A stretch of DNA of 45,525 nt from Octopus sinensis (GCF_006345805.1 NW_021834865.1:1-45525); one strand, 5' to 3'; numbered from the stretch's first letter, positions 25,418-38,314 are shown. A program made the numbers and translations. Notes: generated by a model not told the origin, from the letters alone.

Positions 25418-26295
25418 GTGTGTGTGTGCATACATTTAAGCTGTATATCTCGTTATATAGATGTCAACCCGTACATTGTATATTTCATTATGTGTATGTA
25501 TACGTATGCACCCACTGTTGTATACTCGCGGTGTTGTATTTCCGGTATTTCGCAGTGCCGGAAGTAGTGAATGCAGACATAGAGTATGTTAGGTTATTTA
25601 TATTTTATACAATTGACTTCTTAAATATTTGCTAATATAAACACTCGTTATTCAATATACTATAATGAAATGTATAATGAGGTATATTTAAAGGTAAACT
25701 ATAGAAATTTTAGCCATTTTAAGAGATTGAAGAAAGAAGCTACATTCGTTTTCATTGAGAAATGGAATGCAGTTCTGTAATGGCTTACTACGAGTCTTTT
25801 ATTTTTGTCGTACCTCTGTAGCATAATCAAATTGTGTTTACATTCTTATTTGACTAACAGTGAGTCTTTATTATATTAAAATTTAGTTCAGTTCTTCCTA
25901 CATACGCTGTATTGTTCATAAAATAGACTTATTTTGTATATCTATATGCGTCTGTGTGTGTGTATGTGAGTGCCTGTGTGTGTTTGAGTGCCTCTGAATA
26001 AATGTTGCATATTAGTTTGTGCTTGTGTGTGTGTTTGAGGAAATCTTTACGTTAAATTTCAATTCACTTACGTCCCCAAACGTGGCTGCCTTAAGCCCTG
26101 GAAGCATTAACAGCAATGAATTCCTGCAATATCATTAATTCCACGAAGAGAGAAATCGAGTCACCTTGCAGTTATTAAATTTCCTAAAACTAATGGCTTG
26201 ACTTCTGGTGGTCACTCCAAGATTTTATTAGATCCTTATATATAGAAAACTATCAGCGCCGTCTCATATATATTAAAAGTCTATAAAATAAAAAG
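24667..26295. repeat. 217-bp near-identical inverted repeat pair (24667-24883 / 26079-26295)
   Basis: Arms are reverse complements with about two substitutions seen; spacer ~1.2 kb. Confidence 0.92.
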
Positions 26296-26914
26296 AAAAA
26301 ATAGTAAATTCAAACTCGCTAGTAAAGATTTTCGTTTTGAATTCTATTAATTCTTTCTCTAGAAATGTATTCTTTAACAACTCATATTCGAAATTTAATA
26401 TTAATACCTTTGTATTTTTATTTATATTTTCTTAAAAACAATATTATTGTTTAGTAGCATGATGCTAGAATATTCTAACCGGCGCCTTTTGGAAACAAAC
26501 GGATCTTCACAATAATGAATCCGAAGATTTCCTCACGTGAATTTCAAAGTTATTATTGTTTTTAGACATAAACAGACATGTTGTGGCTCCTATAGAGAAG
26601 GTGGTCGATCACTTGGAGGAAATGCCTAATACGATAGAATAGATTATATTAGAATGGTCTCTGAGTTCAAATCTTGTCTAGAGGTCACCTCTTACTTTTT
26701 CTCCCCGGGGTTTGGTTTCGATTTTTCATAAATATGAAGATATACACTGCCGTCAGTCGATTTAATCCTGTTTAAATATAAAACAAACTAAGAAGTATAT
26801 TGCTGTAGCAAGAAGAAAGAAACTGTTATTTGTGGGCAGGACTGCATTCATATACATGTGTGGGTGTGTGTAGATATGTATCCCTGTACGAGTATAAATA
26901 CCTATATGTATATA

Positions 26915-27154
26915 AGTGCAGGTGTGTCTGTGTGGTCAAACTTGCTTCCCAACCAAATGGTTCCGGGTTCAGTCCCACTGGTAGCACCTTGGGCAGATGT
27001 GTTCTACTATATCCTCGGGCCGACCAAAGCCTTGTGAATGGATTTGGTAGACGGAAACTGAAAGAAACCCATCGTATATAAATTCATTTACTTGTTTCAG
27101 TCATTTGACTGTGGCTATGCTGGAGCACCACCTTATACATACATACATACATAC

Positions 27155-27187
<33 letters not shown>

Positions 27188-27365
27188 CGTGTGTGTGTAT
27201 ATATATATATGTATATATTTGTTTCTGTGTTTGTTCCCCAACAATCGCATGATCGATAGATAGTACTAGGCTTACAAAAAATAAGTCCTGGGATCGATTT
27301 ATTGGAAGAAAGGCGGTGCTCCAGCATGGCCGCAGTGAAATGAATGAAACAAGTAAAATAGTAAA
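26915..27365 (+). mobile_element. Internal-microsatellite tRNA SINE, full length
   Basis: Head, GGTTCAGTCCCACT B-box, CACCTTGGGCA block, internal (TA/CA/TG)n, and the GGCGGTGCTCCAGCATGGCCGCAG..GAAACAAGTAAAA tail. Confidence 0.85.
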
Positions 27366-27789
27366 ATTGATATACATATGTATGTATGTCGGTGTGCGTG
27401 TAGGTATGCGTGCACGTATGATTCCAGTGAGTATACATATGTATGCAGAGACGTGGAGATAGTGTTGTCAATAACCCCGCTTAGATTTGATATATAAAAC
27501 ATACGTATATATATACATGTAAATATATATAGGGATGACTCTCCGCAAAACCCCAAACTTTATTTAATTTGCTTTTCGGGAGCAACTGTTTTATCGAAAG
27601 CGTATCTTGTTGTTACACGCTCGTAATACGAGGGTAGAAAAACAGCCAACAACTGATGAAGGGTCGTTCTTTGTGATGTGTGTCTTGTTTTCCATTTGTG
27701 TCTTTCGTTGTTTTAAAAAAAGTAGTTCATATTCCATGTACTCGTACTTCTTACTTTTTGTTGTACATGTTTCGTGTGCCCATATATGC

Positions 27790-27853
<64 letters not shown>

Positions 27854-27900
27854 ATATATAGATGTATGCACATATACGTATGCATATATGCATATATATA

Positions 27901-27942
<42 letters not shown>

Positions 27943-28037
27943 TATATATACATATAGACAGTTAGATAGATAGAGAGAGAAGAGGAGAGATAGAGGGAGA
28001 GAGAAATAAAAACTGAAAATATTCAGAAAGACGCATT

Positions 28038-28210
28038 TATGAGTCAGTGCTGAAAAGTTCCTGGCTTTCCGTAAAAGTAAACACATCAGCGGATCAGTTA
28101 ATCATGGTTTTATTCAACCTATTACCTTACCCCGTTCACACACTTATTGCAGCGGTGGTCCTTCAGTTTTTGCTAAACCTTGTAAAAGTACTCGGAAGTT
28201 TGATCCTCCG
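28038..28210 (-). mobile_element. Mariner 3' end fragment with TIR
   Basis: TA plus TIR ..GCTGAAAAGTTCCTGGCTTT. Minus strand gives QTSEYFYK..LKDHRCNKCVN. Shares CACTTATTGCAGCGG..TCCTTCAGT with 906-1080. Confidence 0.75.
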
Positions 28211-28213
28211 TGT

Positions 28214-28245
<32 letters not shown>

Positions 28246-28479
28246 TGTATGTATGTATGTATGTATGTATGTATGTAGAGAGACATAGTAATTTTAATAT
28301 TTCTATTATATATATATATATATATATATATATCAGTAATTATTCGGATCTTGGCTCTAAGAATATAACACTTTCACATTTTAGGCTACCTGATGTCATC
28401 AACAGTTCGGATGTAAATGTTACTGGATCTACGTCAGGAATTCTGGAGTGTTCGTTGAGTTTGTAATGAATCAGCGAAA

Positions 28480-28605
28480 GGAAAAATGGAGTTTGCAAGA
28501 ATATTTATTTAACACAACGATCGTTTTGACCCATCCTGTATCTGTCCCTTGCGAGTGGGATGTTGTACAACTAGTTGAATAAAGATTTTCCAAACTCCAT
28601 TTTCC
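28480..28605. mobile_element. Possible ~125-bp MITE
   Basis: GGAAAAATGGAGTTTGCAAGAATATTTATTTAA versus rc of right end GGAAAATGGAGTTTGGAAAATCTTTATTCAA. Confidence 0.45.
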
Positions 28606-28675
28606 GTTTCTCTCAATCATTATATATATATATGTATCAAATGAGATAAAATGAAAAACAGGACACAAAGGATGT

Positions 28676-28770
28676 CGCGGTACATATGTTTCGAGCTTTA
28701 TAGAACTACTTATTCTTACATCAATGCATAATCGACATAACAGATAGTTTAAACGCTCTCTTCAGCCGCA
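28676..28770 (-). ncRNA. Type I hammerhead ribozyme, intact catalytic core
   Basis: Minus strand reads UGCGG CUGAAGA GAGC-[58 nt]-GCUC GAAAC AUAU GUA/CCGCG. All core nucleotides present and all three helices can pair. Confidence 0.8.
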
Positions 28771-29304
28771 TGCAATTACTACATCAAAGACTTGTATCAC
28801 AATATGAAAGGTTTCAGAAAGAACATTTGGTATTATTTATAATGGTAGGTAAACCGAGTATCACTGAGAAAGTATGTTTGTAAATCTTCATAATCAAACA
28901 TGTGTACAGGGTATTATTGGACTCCAAAAAAGGGAAGGAAATAAGGGCGATTTGATGTTGAGAAAAAAGAGAAAAAGGAGAAAAAAGGGGAAGAAGAGGA
29001 AACGTTAATGAAGTTGGGATCACAAAAAATATAGAAATATATATAGAATTATAAAAGATAATAAAATATAATAAAAGGTAAAGATATAAAAATATTAATA
29101 TATAAAGATATAAAGAACGTCAGGTATAGGGTCATAAATTCTAGAAATGTATTGTGAAAGTGTAAAATGTACAAAAAATAAATAAGGAATAAAAAATAAA
29201 ATTATAAAGATAAAATGAAATAAAAATAAAAAGATACAAAAGTATACAAAGTGGTCGTAAAGACAAAAGGATTAAGATAGAGAGATGGTGGGTTAAAGTT
29301 CTGA

Positions 29305-29424
29305 TGAGATAATACCATAAAAATACTACATATAAAATGGATCTTACAGCTGTTTCCGCCTATCTACAGGCTGAAACAGCTGTAAGATCCGTTTTATATG
29401 TAGTATTTTTATGGTATTATCTCA
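29305..29424. repeat. 52-bp-arm palindrome, probable inverted Penelope-like pLTR junction with partial HHR
   Basis: Arms 29305-29356 and 29373-29424 have one mismatch. The centre contains GCCT/AGGC and GAAACAGCTGTA. Confidence 0.7.
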
Positions 29425-29576
29425 CTTATTGATGTGTACTGTTTTATTCTGTTTTATTCTGTTGGATTTGGATGTTCCTATTCAAGTAGTTAATAAATAA
29501 TATGAATTGGTAATATTTGTAAGTCGATGATTGAAAGGAAACCGTTCCTCCATTTTCTTATTTGTGTGTATATATA

Positions 29577-29623
<47 letters not shown>

Positions 29624-29773
29624 ATGTATGTATGTATATATTTTACTGAACCCTAATTATATAACATAATGTTTTAAATATACCGTAAATGGTCTTTTTA
29701 CATACTGAACACTACTTGGTAAGATTATTAATTAATAATTAATTAATTTTACCATTTTATTATTAACTATATA

Positions 29774-29818
<45 letters not shown>

Positions 29819-30259
29819 GAAATAGATAGGTAGATAGAAAAGTAGATTGATACGTAGATATGTAAATAGATAGATAGATAGATATAATGTAAATATGTAA
29901 ATACATATACAACACCAGCAGCAGCACCAGCGGAAGCCTTTTGTTCTTTATGAGTAGAGATGTGCTCATGTAATGTTGGGCAGAAAAACAATTTGGGAGG
30001 GGTGGTCAGAAATGGAGCAGGTGCTGGTGTGATTCGTTTTGTTAAATTATGAACTGGTTTTGTCAGAAAAGATGTGAAACGGAATCGCAACAAGGGAGTC
30101 ATTTGAAGGGCCGTGGCAGGAACGCTGTCAAACACATGACAGACATGTGTCAAAAACTCAAAAACGAGGAAGTGATTTTGCTTGAAATAGAGTTTTACGA
30201 CCACCATATATGGGTGGGGGTGCAAGTTCTGTTCGTGCTTGGGTGTGTGTGTGTGTATG

Positions 30260-30310
<51 letters not shown>

Positions 30311-30382
30311 CTCTCTCTGTTAATACGTATTGTTGTTTTTCCTTGTATTTTTCGTCGTTGTTTTTATTAATTATGCTAAAAT

Positions 30383-30725
30383 TTTGTTCCTTCTGATATA
30401 AATTCTTGGACTCATGTATTTGTACGTAACGATGCTGCTCATAATTCACTGAAATATAAATACACTGGACCTTTTAAAGTTTTGTCAATTAGAGGTAAAA
30501 CTATGACTTTGGATATGCATGGTAAAAAAGAGATTGTCAGTTTAGACAGAGTGAAAAAAGCTTATTTCGACCAATATTCATGTCATCAAAATGAAGATGC
30601 GAGCAATACATATCGACATAGTTTGAAACAAATGGAAACACTCAAAAGTCAATTTTGAAATCACCGACCCAAGTGTAAAAGACTAGAAGTGGCAGAATTG
30701 TACATTTTCCAAACAAAACTTTCTC
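30383..30725 (+). mobile_element. Gypsy/Ty3 integrase C-terminal (GPY/F) relic
   Basis: FVPSDINSWTHVFVRNDA..YTGPFKVL..TMTLDMHGKKEIVSLDRVKKAY, and later VKTRSGRIVHFP. Confidence 0.88.
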
Positions 30726-30964
30726 AGTTTGAGGATTTTCAAAATATTTTTTTATATATTCATGGATTATAGATATATAAAAGAAACATTTTTTCCCAGT
30801 GAACTGTATATGAACATTATAATTCTAAAGCCGTATTGAAAGGCTAATTTCATGTTTAACATGTAATTTATAAATGCATTGTATATATACTGATGTGTTA
30901 TAACTATTAATTCAAATGTATTGAAATATATATGTATTACGAATTTCTTTTCCGCAAAATTTTA

Positions 30965-31464
30965 ACAATTTTACGAAATGCAATTCCATCTATTTTGAAT
31001 GAAATACATGAGTTAAAAAAGAGTTACGAAAAACAATTCGAGTTATTAACGAAAAAAATCGAAAGTTTACAACTCGAAGGAAAGGTTTTTAGTTGATACA
31101 GGAGCAGCTTGTTCAATTTGGCCTGTAAAGCTTTTAAAACAAAAAACCAAACCTGTTTATTTGACTCTAAATGTAAACTTAAGAAGAGAGTATAAGTGGA
31201 CTTTCATAGTAGCAGATTTGCCATACCCAATATTAGGAGCAGATTTTCTGGCACACTATCATTTAATGGTAGATGTTAAAAAACAAAAACTGATAGACAA
31301 AGAAACTTCATTAAAAATTCAAGGAATGAGATGCAGAAAAGCCACAGTTAGTCCATTGCATTTCATAGCGTCCTTAGAAAATCGTTATCACAGGATTTTT
31401 AATAATTATCTGAATATCACGAAACAGTTAGCTCTAAATACCAAGGGTGTGCATTCGGTAAAAC
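30965..31464 (+). mobile_element. Gypsy gag tail and aspartic protease relic (internally deleted)
   Basis: Coiled-coil-like ILNEIHELKKSYEKQFELLTKKIESLQ, then FLVDTGAACS (DTGA 31095-31106) and WTFIVADLPYPILGADFLAHYHLMVD. Confidence 0.88.
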
Positions 31465-31482
31465 ATCGCGTCGGGGTCTCCA
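31465..31482 (-). other. tRNA-Trp-type primer binding site
   Basis: Plus strand ATCGCGTCGGGGTCTCCA matches the eukaryotic tRNA-Trp 3' end ATCACGTCGGGGTCACCA (from memory) at 16/18. Confidence 0.7.
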
Positions 31483-31845
31483 ATTTTCCTATAGGCAGTT
31501 TTAGGCTACCATGAGATTTCTCTTAGGTTATATTAATATCGTATATTCTCTAATTAGTTTTGTTACAGTAATGTAATGCTATTTATTGTGTTTCCTATTG
31601 GGAAATAGATTATTTTATTTGGCTTTTTAAGTGAGGGTGTATATAATGATTAAAACGTCACTTATAACTTAAGTGTTATCATTATACGCAAATCCGAACT
31701 ACAGTATATAACGTCATAGAGAAATATACTTATGGAACGCTAAGAATATTAGCGTCATGTATGTATAATATTATTTTCGTGTTCATTTAACCGCTATAAG
31801 AAAATGTAATTTAATGATTACAGAAATGCATATTTATACACAGTT
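31483..31845 (-). mobile_element. Probable 5' LTR preceding the PBS
   Basis: Lies immediately 5' of the PBS on minus and begins TGT near 31842. No second copy in the window to confirm its limits. Confidence 0.45.
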
Positions 31846-32352
31846 GAAAAACGTGAAGAGAAAACATTTTCTTAATTAGTTTTATTATATAAATATAACA
31901 TTTATATTATTTACATGTGAAAGAAAAGATAATTTTCGTCGTGTAGCAGTACGACTATATATATTCACTAGCTAATTCATAAATCTAACTAAATAAATGA
32001 ATCAGAACAATTCAAATAAGACTCGTCGGATTTTCCTTGGACATGGTATGAAAATCACCAATGTCCCAAAGGAGTGAGTGTCGTGGAGTTTAGTTACATC
32101 CAACAAACACTAAAGTTTTTTCCAAAATCCAGGGTTTTTATGACTGCTCAACTTGACTTAAAAGAATCGAAATCCATTACAAATATTCTTTAAGTAACTT
32201 TTCAGAATCCTTATATGAGCAGTTATATTAACCAATGGAAAAACGACAATAATATTTCTTCGGCAATACGATATTACGTCATATTGCCCGCTACCACCAA
32301 TTGGCGATTTATTTCAAAATGGCTAAAATGGCTACTTGTTACAATTATATGT

Positions 32353-32419
<67 letters not shown>

Positions 32420-32947
32420 TATAGATACATGCACATAATATTAAGTATTATATAAGTATATAGCAATATGTGCGTGAACATGTGTGTGTGCATTTGTACT
32501 CACAGAACTGTATAGCCGTGCATTTAGGTACATTTATATGTGAAGGTGTTTGTGTGCAATACGAGTGACTGCTTATCTAAGTGACCAAGGACATAATTGT
32601 GTATATGTGTGCTTGCCTATGTGTGTTTATGCGTATAAATATATATGTATATGCACATATATATGTATAAATTTATATATATCTGTGTGTATGTATGTGT
32701 GTGTATGTGTATATGTGTATGTATGTGTGTGCGTGCGCGCGTGCGTGTGAGTGTTTGTCGTTAGATGTTGACAGTTGAAGTTGTTGGCTGTAAGTTATCA
32801 GCAGCAGTCATTTGCATTTTTCCCCTTGTCTAATCGATCGAAAACACAAATTCCCGAACGAGGCTAAAATGCTGAAGGGGAAATAAAGAGACGAAAAGGT
32901 CTGTGTGTACACGTTTGTATACCATACATATATATACACACACACAC

Positions 32948-32978
<31 letters not shown>

Positions 32979-33654
32979 TATATATATACACACATATGTA
33001 TAAATTTGTGTATGTTTTGTGCGTGTTTGCTTGTATGTGTAAGTATATAGACATACGAACGTTGGCATATATATATATATATATATTATATAAGGATGTC
33101 GTGTGTGTGTAAATGTGAATTGACAAATGTATGTATTCATGTGACTGGTTTTCTCATGTTTACACGTAGGTATGTCTGTGACCATACACATTCCATATAT
33201 GTATGTAACTGAACCTATATACTATACACGTAGACACACACAAACCAATACATATATATACGTGTGTGCACATATGTGTCTGTACGTGCGCATGCGTGCA
33301 TACGCTTCTTTCTGTCTTTATACATTCACACACGTTTATATAATTAATCTTATACATATACATATGGATATACATTTATATATATATATATAAATATGCA
33401 GGTTGCATGCATGCGTGCATATATGTATGTCTCTTTTACACTCTTTCTATATATATATATAAACATACACACATATATATATACATATGTGTGTGTATAA
33501 TATATATATATGTATATATATTATATATATATATATATTATATACATATATTCATGGGTTTATCAATCTATCTAACTATAAATAAAATACATACATATAT
33601 ATGCATATGTATGTGTGTATATATATATAAACATGTATATACATGCATAAATTT

Positions 33655-33714
<60 letters not shown>

Positions 33715-33884
33715 ATATATATTACACACACGCATGTATTCACATTCACGCATATAAATATATTTAATGAATTTCTACAGAATGTGGAAAAGAGTTGAGA
33801 GACCGAAGACAAGAAATGAGAAATACACAAGGAAGAGATTGAGTGAAGCCAATTGTAAAACAAGACATTTGAGAAATGTGTAAG

Positions 33885-33933
33885 AGAGATATAGATAGAT
33901 AGATAGAAAAATAGATAGATAGACAGATAGATG

Positions 33934-33997
<64 letters not shown>

Positions 33998-34097
33998 TAT
34001 AGATAAATAGATAGATAGATAGATAGATAGATAGACGATAGATAGATAGATAGATAGACAGATAGATGGATAGATAGATAGATAGATAGACAGACAA

Positions 34098-34138
<41 letters not shown>

Positions 34139-34172
34139 CAGACAAATAGATAGATAGATAGACAGATAGATG

Positions 34173-34227
<55 letters not shown>

Positions 34228-34228
34228 G

Positions 34229-34295
<67 letters not shown>

Positions 34296-34300
34296 CGATG
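33885..34300. repeat. (GATA)n microsatellite
   Basis: Direct inspection. Confidence 0.95.
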
Positions 34301-34832
34301 GATAGGGGGAGAGAGAAATAGATAGAGAACGAAGCAGTGGGATAGAATGAGAGAGTCGACATCGTATATAGTTTGAAATAGAATCAAGGAGGGTGAGAAA
34401 ACCGGGCAGAGATGATGAGTGAAGGATATTATTTGTAAGAATCGAATATTAAAATGCGATGTTCTGTAATACACTGCATTAACAATTGATAATGTTCGGT
34501 CAACTGTTAACGCTCACTTAATTTGCACGAACCACCTGAATGACGCCACAGTTTCGTAATAAAAAAAGAAAGCCCTCAACGCGCGGTTATGGTGGTTTGG
34601 CGCCGTCATAGCCATTAAGTGTGCTGTGGTAAGAATAGAAGAAAACATACAATTCTATAAATACGTACACATAAGTTTATATACAATATATGTATGTATG
34701 TATACACAAAGACACAGCCACTCACACACACATATATTCAAAAATATACATAAAAATACATGTATATATATATACATACACATACACGCATATATACATA
34801 TACAACACACACACACATATATATGTATGTAT

Positions 34833-34865
<33 letters not shown>

Positions 34866-35539
34866 AAGTGATAAAACGATAAGAGAAGAGCGAATGAGCA
34901 GTCTTTAATCATAAATCCCAGCAATCGTTTCCGTGCCTTGGCAACAGCTGTTTGTATCTGGGTTTTCCATTTCATTCTATTACAAAAATATTGTATAAAT
35001 AAATATGATTCAGTTACAAAGGCATACCTGCACGTCATCAGGTGAGTGGCTTACACACACACAGACACACACACTCACACATATACACACACATATAAAA
35101 TATAACAATTACAACGACTCGCAGGCATTTCTTTCACGAAGCAGCAACTAAGATTACAACAGTAATAAAATAAATTTATAAAAATACAAACATACAGACA
35201 AACAAATTCACACATCCCACCCACGGAGAAAGAAACCACTCCCAGCCCCTAGATAGGAGTAAGATGAAAAATCCTTCGAATCACTAATTTCTCTGTATTT
35301 TATTTGTTGTTATTTAGCCCATGGTCATCCATTACCGAGCAAAGCTATGATTAAAGACATTCTAACAATTAGAATTCCAAAAGATCATATGGAAAATGAA
35401 TTGTAAATATTGTAATTAAATTTGTATATTCCTTGCTAATAGGCCCCTTCACAAGGTAAACTTTCTTAGAAACCTTTTGTAGCCCTTTTACAAGGTAGAC
35501 TTTCTTATAAACCTTTATGCTGTTGGGAGACACAAAAAT

Positions 35540-36360
35540 CGATTTGCACAGCCTGATTGAACTGTTTTACACAGCTGCAGTTGCGCTACATTTCACAGCC
35601 TCAATAGAATTGCCTTACACATCACAAATAGAGCAGGCTTGCGCACAGGGCCGGATTAAGTCCTATAGAGGCCCTAAGCACATAACGGCTTTTGATATCT
35701 TTCATTTTCCAAAGTGAATCAACACTAACAGTAAGATAGAAAAGAATATTTATTTTTGAATACCTCCACTATATTTGTATTTCAAAAGATTTCTTCTTTT
35801 AATTGCAAAATCAACATATTTGTTTCTATATCTATTAGTTATAAGGCGCGCCGAATATTATTTTAGTAAGTTTATAGTAATTTTTACTGTGTCGTAGACC
35901 ATTTACCATTTCTGTGGTGCCCACCCCCACCAATTTCCCTGATGCCCTAAGAATGGCCAACGCTGCTTACACGATGCTAGTAGAACTCGCTTACACATCT
36001 ACAATAAAACTCGCTAATACAACTACAATAGAACTGACTTACAGATTTACGATAGAACAACCTTACACAGATCAGTAAAGCTGCATTACAGAGCCCTAAT
36101 TAAACTGCCTTAATCCGGCGTAATAGACCTGCTTTTTCTAAGCTGTAAGAGACCTGCCTTACACAGTCCCAATAGAATGGATTACGCAGCGCTAATATTA
36201 CTGTTTTACGGAGCCACAACAGAACTGGATTAAACATCTCTAACTACGATGGAATTGTGTTTTATGGCCCTAATAGAAATGGCTTCCACAATGCTACAAT
36301 ACGACTGTCTCACACAGATCAAAAACGCTGGTTCATGGCCACAATAGTGCTAGAGTTTAA
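35540..36360. repeat. Decayed ~24-bp minisatellite (ACAATAGAACTGCCTTACACAGCT-like), interrupted
   Basis: Recurring AATAGAACT..TTACACA at ~24-nt spacing on both sides of a 35646-35960 insertion. Confidence 0.65.
35646..35960. mobile_element. hAT-like MITE, left end only
   Basis: Starts CAGGGCCGGATTAAG..GAGGCCC. The matching right TIR is not clearly present. Confidence 0.5.
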
Positions 36361-37194
36361 AGAACCAAACACAGCTCGGCTACAAACGATCAGGTAGACG
36401 TTTAACTTGTTCGGCTCTTGTAGTTTGTCGATATATTCACACACACACACGGACACGGACACACACACACACATGTATATGTATGTATATGTATGTATAT
36501 ATATATATATATATAATATACATATGTATGTCTATTTATAATATATATATATATATATATGTACACAAACACGCATTCTACATCGTGTATTTCTTTTTTT
36601 GTTTGTTTTCTTTTCGATGTTGTTCATAAAAGTGGCTCCCAGTTCTACGTCGCCACAATTCTTTTGATAAGCATCGTGGTATTTACTTTAGAGATAAAGT
36701 CCGTTTTTGTTTGATGGTCTATTAATTTAAATGCACTAGATACGACCAGTCAATATTTACTTAGATCTACACTGTTTCAATTACAACAACAAAAAGAAGC
36801 CTCATTGATAACCTTTCTAATCTTCTCTATCCACTCCACACCAATCGAAACGGCGGCCATTTCTTCGTTTGTTTATTTTGTACTAGAGATCCTAATTGTT
36901 CGACGCGTTTTAAGTTATTTATCTATTTTATTATCTTCCTTGTTTACGCCATTTATATATAATTTTTTTTTGTGTGTTTGGATATAATCATTTATTTTTG
37001 TAAATCTATCAATCCAATTTAGTTAAAGATAACCTCTACGTAATATAGCGATTGCGAATGCCTCGATGGCTACGGTATCGGAGAAAACCAAAGTAGAGGA
37101 TGAAGGTTCGTGTGATGACATCGCCGCTTTTTTTATGTCTGTGGGACACAACTTTGTAACACCGAGTCTACTAGACTGAATATTGGTAACTAAT

Positions 37195-37362
37195 ACATTC
37201 CCAACAACATAGCTTCGAGTCCAGCCCCATTGCGTGGCATCTTGTACAAGTGTCCTCTACTATTACCTTGGGCCGACCAAAGCCTTGTCAGTGGATTTGG
37301 TAGACGGAAAGAAGCCCATCATATATATATATATATACACATACATACATACATTTATATAT

Positions 37363-37432
<70 letters not shown>

Positions 37433-37640
37433 TTATTTGTGTGTGTGTTCGTACGTGCGCGCGCAGGCATGTCTGTATGTCCGTATTTGCCCCCCTTCGC
37501 CGCTTCACAACCGGTGTTGGTATGTAACTTAGCGGTTCAGCAAAACGGTCCGATAGAATAAGTACTAGGCTTAACAAATAAAATCCTTCAAGGCAGTCCA
37601 GCACGGTCACAGTGAAATGACAGAAACAAATGAAAGAATA
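37195..37640 (+). mobile_element. Decayed internal-microsatellite SINE
   Basis: CCATTGCGTGGCATCTTG..GGGCCGACCAAAGCCTTG, internal (TA)n, then TAACTTAGCGGTTC..GATAGAATAAGTACTAGGCTT tail. Confidence 0.75.
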
Positions 37641-37707
37641 AAAAAATACACACATGCACACACACACGCACACATATATATATACATACATCTATACGCT
37701 CCCCCCC

Positions 37708-37739
<32 letters not shown>

Positions 37740-37779
37740 TCACACACACATATATTCATACGTATAAACGCACATCCAT

Positions 37780-38035
<256 letters not shown>

Positions 38036-38078
38036 TATGTAGACACACGCACATGCATCCGCATATTTGTGTGAGGTA

Positions 38079-38314
38079 AGTTACCTTCTCGAGTCACAGC
38101 GACTCATAATGGCCGGTTTCCTGTTTTCCATGGCGAGTAAATTCGGTCCGTCTCAGGGTCAATCGTTTTTACAGCTGAGTGGACTGCAGTACCGTGAAAC
38201 GGAGTGCTTTGCTTAAGAACACAGCGCATCGCCCGGTCTAGGAATCGAAAAGTCAAAAGCACAAAATTACGGTCATGAGTCCAACGCCCAAACCACTAAG
38301 GCATGCGCCTCCAC
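38079..38314 (-). mobile_element. tRNA-derived SINE with Deu/Nin-like central block
   Basis: Reverse complement GTGGAGGCGCATGCCTTAGTGG..TTCGATTCC..TGTGTTCTTAAGCAAAGCAC..CAGTCCACTCAGCTG. Confidence 0.65.

Noticed and set aside
34525-34620. GAAAC..GTC motif on minus
   Set aside because: No valid core or stem I upstream.
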